Assembly (NCBI GenBank): GCA_043228905.1
Contig: JBHGNT010000017.1
Span: forward strand, 1,674,001-1,738,000
DNA from: Azolla caroliniana
Taxonomy: Eukaryota > Plantae > Polypodiophyta
DNA: 64,000 nt
Direction of reading: 5' to 3'
In this document: positions 57,335 to 64,000 of the stretch, in pieces
Numbering within the stretch: position 1 is the stretch's first letter
How the letters are laid out: the number at the start of each line of letters is the position of its first letter
Notes under the pieces: model-generated
Databases searched by the model: none
The model's input: only the letters and a program-made list of their open reading frames with translations
Told to the model about the DNA's origin: nothing
Program-made: the position numbers and the translations under genes

Positions 57335-57951
57335 ATCATGAAACCCACATTATCCAATATAAGTGATCGAAGACTAGTTGTCTCGATTTTACAAGGAAAC
57401 ACAGTTTGCATTAAATCAATATTCCTAATCTTGTACTGCACTTTATATCAAGCATTCAAAACATAATAAAAAATATTATAAACTCTTCAAAAAAATCTAA
57501 ATCTAATGATTCATGCGTATATATCATATCTAGGTTTCTTAAGTCGATTTGTAAAATTCGTCAAAGGAGTGTTTTAACAATAAAGGGGGAAACAAGGCCA
57601 TGCTTATAATCATAGAATGAACCATACATAGCATACGTGCATTCGCGTGCGCGAATGATTCAATCATACATGTATGGTAAATCATCTCCAAGTTGGATTG
57701 GATTGACACGTTTGATTGGATTGAATATGGCCTATATTATATATTGATTCACTCTCAATCCCAACAAGTGGACTATGTCATTATAAACTATCATCAAAGA
57801 TTCAAAAACTCATAAAGCTTATATTCGAGAATACGAAGAAAATATGACACTAACAAAAAATTCTACTAATTCAATTGACGTAGTAATTTGTTTGAGGACT
57901 CTCACTAGAATGTGCCTCATTACTATCAACAACATAACTGTCTTCAATGTC

Positions 57952-58146
57952 CTAATCTTGCATACTATTGAGGATATCATTTGAATTTTCAGTATGTAAA
58001 ATTTCTCGCTCTTTTTGCAAGTTCAATAACCTTTCAACATCTTCCTCTTTATCAACCATTTCCATTGTAATTTCCAATGGGGTGTAACCTCTTTCTTTGA
58101 TGCTCTTGAGAAGCCGTAAATTAGTGTGCAAGTATGTATAGATCAC
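57952..58146 (-). pseudogene. Possible hAT transposase C-terminal remnant
   Basis: YLHTNLRLL followed by an acidic tail resembles the hAT dimerisation-domain end; nothing else supports it. Confidence 0.3.
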
Positions 58147-58631
58147 ATGAGTCTGTCGCCATGATGATGATGATGATGATGATTAATCAAGCATCTTTCT
58201 CGTTCTTCTGATGATCCGATTAATCAAAATCCCAAGTGAACAAAAAAGAGACAAAACACAAAAAAAGTGTTTCTTTTCTCCCCTATGCAGGAATGATCCT
58301 CTCTCTCTGTGCCTTTTTCTTGCTAATTCTCTTTTTTTTTTGTTATAATAATACAGACATAGCCCACCCCCCCACCCATTTTCTCTCTCTTCTTCCAATT
58401 GAGCTTTGCCCACACCCCACCGAAAGTCCCCCATTGGATTGGTGCAACACAAAAACCAATGAGAGTGTGGAGTGTCTCCTACATCCTCATCAGAGAAATG
58501 CCCCTTTAAGATCTCATATCGCATTAGAATTGGGAAGCCATTCATTCCTTTGTGGATCCATTCATTACTAATTAATTCGGGTTACAGAGTTCATTCACCT
58601 CCCACCCAAAAAAGTATGCAGACTGTGATTT

Positions 58632-58651
58632 TGTGTGTGTGTGTGTGTGTG

Positions 58652-58700
<49 letters not shown>
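58632..58700. repeat. (TG)n-(AG)n compound microsatellite
   Basis: Directly visible. Confidence 0.95.
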
Positions 58701-58703
<3 letters not shown>

Positions 58704-59441
58704 GCGACAACGTATCTTTAAAAAAAGAATACAAAAAAAGGGGAAAAAAGGACCACGCATTTTTCCCCTTTCAAACGTGTTCGTTTCCAAACGTATTCAA
58801 ACGTTTCGATGCCTCCACGAACACGAATACTACGTTCTATGCTTATAATGCATCATATAGTGATTATGACCAAATAAAGAGATAACATATCTTAGTGACC
58901 ATAATTTAGATGAGGACAATGATGACTCCTTATGGCCCTTAACTTCACTTGATTGTACTCCCACTTCCATGTGGATCCATCCTTACACGATCCACATGCC
59001 ACCTCGCTTTGTTTATTAGAGTGTAAGGGAAAGTGAAAAGTCTTGATGTTGATGTTACAAAGACTTGGCATTGGGATAGAAAGGAAGTCTCCGATCAAAG
59101 TTCAACCAAATGACAAGGCATGACATGGTAACTATGGAAGATGCTATTTTTGAATCGCGTAGACAAATATGATGGCCTTTCAGACAATGCGAACAAAGTT
59201 TAATGTACCACATGGATATTGATTATAGTTGGCAACCAAATTTGACATTGCAAATTCTATATTCCCCAATTCAAAACATGGTTGTCAAGGAACCACACAA
59301 AGATTGGACATTCGGTAGTGAAGTTTTTAAATTTTGTGGTGCACATTCATGATGTATATTATAACTTTGTTGAAGTCTAAAAATAAAGCTTGGTTAGAGA
59401 AGAAGGTATTGGATACATGGCACATCATGCGCTATGTTCAA

Positions 59442-59787
59442 TGGTGGTGTCAACCTTTAGATCAAGGAAGGAATTCTAATCTTCCTTTTCCTCCAAAGGC
59501 GTTTCTTTGGTGTGCGATGGTTGATGGGCTACCATTGGTGGTGTCAACCTTTAGATCGAGGAAGGAATTCTACTATTCCTTTTCCTCCAAAGGCGTTTCT
59601 TTGGTGTGCGATGGTTGATGGGCTACCATTGGTGATGGAACATGAGAAATAGGTTGATGGGCTACCATTGGTGGTGTCAACCTTTAGATCGAGGAAGGAA
59701 TTCTAATCTTCCTTTTCCTCCAAATGCGTTTCTTTGGTGTGTGATGGTTGATGGACTACCATTGGTGATGGAACATGAGAAATAGGT
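59442..59787 (+). repeat. Three copies of a ~94-bp tandem repeat, two with a ~39-bp extension
   Basis: TGGTGGTGTCAACCTTTAGATC.AGGAAGGAATTCTA starts at 59442, 59536 and 59669. Confidence 0.9.
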
Positions 59788-59885
59788 TATTGTTTGATGG
59801 ATTTCATGGGGTGCCGCAACCAATTCGTAGATATTGTCGTTTAACCCGGTTTTCTATTGTCATGGGGAATATTTGGATTGCATAG

Positions 59886-62418
59886 TGTAAAGAATCAGAT
59901 GTGATTCTTGTGAAGCGGAAGAGATGTGAGTTATGTGTGTGTATGAGAGAGAGTGAGAGTGAGTGAGACAGACAAGGAGTAAGACACAGAGAATACGCAA
60001 GGTAAAAGTATATTAACAAAGGAGAAAGACTTAACTCAATACAAGGTGGGAGGAGGGTGCTTTATATAGTCACCCTCTCTCTTCATTAACTACAAGACTC
60101 ATGAGCATGGGGAATGTGAAAGCTCATAAGTTATGTGTCATAGAATATGATTCTATGACTCATACAAAATGCTAGAATACAAAGAGGTGACATAATGGTG
60201 ACTCTTGACCGTTGGAGTGTCTATTCACTCTTAAGGTGAGTTCACACACTAGACCAAGTTGAGCTTGATTCTCAACACGCCCCCTCAAGCTCAAGTCGGG
60301 TCGGTTTCAGACGGTATCTGAAATCCGCTTCGACTCGCGTTCCGGAGACCGCGTCGACTCGCATTTATGCGGAGTTGCGGAATTCGTGCTCCAGCTTGCA
60401 TTGTGCGTAGTTGCGAAATCCATGCTCCAGCTTGCGTTGTGAATAGTTGCGAAGTCTGTGCTTCGGCTTGCGTCTTTCTTCGTGGCTTCATTGCGCGGTT
60501 GCGTAATCCACGCGTTATTGCATAGTGTGCGCGGTTTGCAGAATCCATGTGTTATTGCGTAATGTCTTCAGTACTCCCCCTCAAGCTTGGCAGGTCAAGG
60601 ATTGTCAATCCGAGATCGGTCATGAATTGCCACAGCTTGTCGGCTCCTAAGGCTTTACTGAAGATGTCGGCTGTTTAAAGATTTGTGCTAATGTGTTGTA
60701 GGTCGACATCGCCAGCTAGAACGCGTTGTCGGATGAAGTGATAGTGCACTTCGATGTGCTTTGTCCGCGCGTGGAACACCGGGTTCCGAGCCAGATAGAT
60801 ACTACTCATGTTGTCGCAGTAAAGGGAAGGCGGATCCTTGATGGGTACACCCAGATCCTTCAAAATCCTCTTGAGCCATACGGCTTCACACGCAGCTACG
60901 GCTGTGCCCCTATATTCTGCCTCCGTACTCGAAAAAGCGACGGTAGGCTGCTTCTTGCTACTCCAAGATATTGCTCCGCTGCTAAGGGAGAAAACAAATC
61001 CGGAGGTTGATCTTCTATCGGCTTTGTAGCTTGCCCAATCGGTGTCTGTGTACCCCTTGGGTCGTATTGGCATCGCAGTCTTGTAGAGGATGCCGCAATC
61101 CATTGTGCCGCTCACGTATCGTAGAACTCGCTTAGCGCAATCCAAGTGAGTATCACGCGGTGTTTGCATGAATTGGCTAAAGAGACCGACCGGATAACAG
61201 AGATCGGGTCGTGTGATCGTGAGGTAGATGAGACTCCCGATGAATTGCCGATACTGGGTAGGCTCACATGCTTTGGTGCCGGAGTTCACATCGAGTTTGA
61301 GATTGCGATCGAGCGGGGTTGTCGCGGATTTGCACTTAGCCATACCAAACTTGTATAACAAGTTGAGGATATAGTGTCGTTGAGAGATCATGATTCCGGC
61401 CGGAGTCCGAATTACCTCGATGCCGAGGAAGTAGTGGAGTTCCTTCATGTCCGTCATCTCGAACTTGTCGGAAAGGAGGGATTTGACCTTATTGATTTCG
61501 ACGAGATGCTCACCTCCAATGACTAGGTCATCCACATATAAGATGATGACGATCGGACTTGCGGAATCGCTTCGTATGTAGAGGGAGTTGTTCGATTTTG
61601 ACATACGGAAGCCGATTTGATGAAGATATTGCGTTATCTTCGAATGCCAAGCACGCGGTGCTTGCTTGAGGCCGTAGAGTGGCTTGTTGAGTCGGCATAC
61701 AGCTTTCGGATGGGTGCTCGAGTTGAAGCCGGGTGGTTGTATCATGCATACCTCCTCTTCTAAGTCGTCTTGTAGAAAGGCGTTCTTGACGTCCATTTGA
61801 TGGAGGTGCCACGCTTTCGCCGCGACAAGCGCAATTACGGTCCGTACCGTCCTCATCTTTGCCACCAGGGCAAAGGTCTCCTCGTAGTCAACTCCGTGCG
61901 TTTGGGCATAGCCTTTCGCTACGAGTCACACTTTGTAGAGCTTGACGGAACCGTCGATGTTGTACTTCACTTTGTAAATCCATCTGCATCCGATCGCCTT
62001 TTTGTGCGGTGAGGTGGGAACGAGATCCCACGTCTGGTTCTTGCGTAGTGCCTGCATCTCCTCGTTCATGGCTTCGATCCATTGCGGATCCTTGGTTGCT
62101 TCGGAAAATGTTTCCGACTCGCGTACTGTCGCCACCTTCATCATAAAGGCATAGTGATATGCTATGTAGTCGTTGTAGCCGAATCGGCTGACCGGATTCT
62201 TTTCACGGGTGGAGCAACGGAGCTTTTCATTTGCAGAGATGAGGGCTTTCTTAGCTCCGATTGGTACATCGAAGCCGCCGAACTCACTGTCGAGTGAGTG
62301 AGTCCACTCATCGTCGTCGAAGTGATCGTCTACGTATTCCGCCATTTTCGCCTTGCCTTTGTCCATCTTCGGGCTAGGCCGTGATGTGCTTTGATCGCTC
62401 AAAGGCTCTTGTGGTCCG
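59886..62418 (-). mobile_element. Copia C': duplicate of Copia C (3' LTR + RT-RH), interrupted by Copia E'
   Basis: LTR 59886-60277 is preceded by CATAG; PPT from 60278. Internal sequence is ~98% like 17087-19154 and carries the same stops. Confidence 0.95.
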
Positions 62419-64000
62419 TGTTGGATACAAGGTCGTCTATGCGGAAGATCAAGAAGCATTCGATTCTGTTCTGTACCTGCGTATGACAGTTTCTAGGTCG
62501 TTGCACAGAGATAGAGAGAGAGAGAGACACACACACACAACGACTCTTTCTATTCCATAAAGCAATAATACAACCCAACCTTACAAAAAAGGTTACAAGG
62601 TCACTATATATAGTGACAGACTTAGGGCATCTACCATTTATGCTAATTACACAAATGGCCCAAACTTGATCTATACAAAGGGATAGTGTGAATACGTCCA
62701 TTATACACTTGTATTCGACACTCCCCCGTAATGGGCGTATACATGGGTTATCTAAGATTACAGGCATAAACCTAGGTTCTCGGACATATCAGTTTTGTTC
62801 GAGTCGGCAGGGTCCGAAGGCAGAAGACCGAACTGGTCGGGTCGGAAGAGTTGAAGCCGATCATTAAGGAACTGATGTCGGTTGTCGGAAACCATCCTGC
62901 GATGTGTCCGGCTCTAACCGGACTGGTTTGTCGTTACGCCCATCTGATGCCGAAGGGACCGAAAGCGGTCTGCCGAAAGACACTTGGTCATTCCATCTGC
63001 GACATTGTCGATTGTGGATATTTTCTCTAGACCGATTTTCCCTGAAATGACGCAGTCCCGAACGAAGTGATATCGAACGTCGATATGTTTGGAGGCGTTG
63101 TGGTGAACCGGATTTTTCGACAAGGCAACAGCACCTTGACTGTCGCTATAGACAACTGGGGCCGAGTCATGGTCGACTTGTCGAAACGTGTGCGCCAGCC
63201 GGCCGAGCCACAAAGCTTCTTTTGCAGCGTCGGACGCAGCTACATATTCTGCTTCGGTCGTTGAGGTCGTTGTGCACTCCTGAAGTTTCGACTTCCACGA
63301 AATTGCTCCATTGCCGAATTTGAAGCAGTATCCAGTTGTTGATTTCCGACTGTCTATACAGCCGGCGAAGTCCGAGTCGGTGTAACCGACTACGCCTGTA
63401 GTTGAGTTCGGACCGAAAAGAATGCCGTGGTCTTTTGTGCCAGCCAGATATTTGAACACATGCTTGACTGCGTTCCAATGCGATCGGCCAGGATTGTGCA
63501 TAAATCTGCTAACGACTCCTACGGCATGAGAAATATCAGGCTGTGTCGCGACCATCAGGTACATAAGGGAGCCGACTGCCGGTGCATACGGTACCGACTT
63601 CATATCTTCCCCCTCCGGACCGGATGTCGGGCAGTCTCGCTGAGAGAGCCGAAGATTCATGGGGAGCGGGGTTGAAGCAGATTTGGCTGATTGCATGTTG
63701 AAGCGTTCCAAGACACGTCCGATATAGTCGGTCTGAGACGAAAAAAGATGTCGTTGATCGCGATGCCGACTAATCTTCATGCCAAGTATGTGTCGTGCCG
63801 GACCGAGGTCCTTCATGGCAAACTTCAACCGCAGTTGCCGAATGATATCGGCAAGTTCGCCCGCGTGGCGTCCAGAAATTAGCATGTCGTCCACGTAAAT
63901 GATGAGGAAGATGGGTGATCCATCTTGAGCTGTGTTGGTAAAAAAACAATGGTCCTCATCGCTTTTTGAGAAGCCGATCGATTGGATGAAGTCGTCGAAC
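62419..64000 (-). mobile_element. Copia E': relative of E (3' LTR 62419-62720 + RT-RH), running off the right edge
   Basis: LTR TGTTGG...TTCGACA, PPT, and ORF 62914..63894 ~96% like the E C-terminus. Expected TSD GTCCG. Confidence 0.93.

Noticed and set aside
1-64000. Strong minus-strand bias of the LTR elements
   Set aside because: Too few independent insertions (C/C' is one event) to distinguish from chance.

Overview
Plant nuclear DNA, probably a fern or another non-seed plant (inferred from the retroelement types and AG/TC-rich LTRs). The backbone is a locally duplicated unit of LRR receptor-like protein (RLP) gene, spacer, U2 snRNA (+) and U1 snRNA (-), present as three partial copies. 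There is one intact intronless LRR-RLP (46062-49268) and one deleted paralog (54740-56412). The snRNA content is one complete U2, one broken U2, two complete U1 and two 5'-truncated U1, next to a mitochondrial 26S rRNA NUMT. About two thirds of the window is nested LTR retrotransposons, mostly resolvable by TSD/PBS/PPT: Copia C holds Gypsy G1, which holds Copia A and intact Copia B; Copia D holds chromovirus G2 (with a 69-bp mini-element) and intact Copia E; Copia C' holds Copia E'. A MULE-type and a hAT-type non-autonomous element are also present. Most interesting signals: (i) all four U1/U2 promoters have the short USE-TATA spacing that specifies Pol III in angiosperms; (ii) a likely -1 ribosomal frameshift between protease and RT in a tRNA-Trp-primed Gypsy; (iii) a 69-bp TGTCG...CGACA element with a CCGT 4-bp TSD (Ginger-like); (iv) a Gypsy insertion flanked by a 133-bp duplication at a truncated end; (v) filled and empty CATAG sites that order the segmental duplications. 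All alignments were done by eye.
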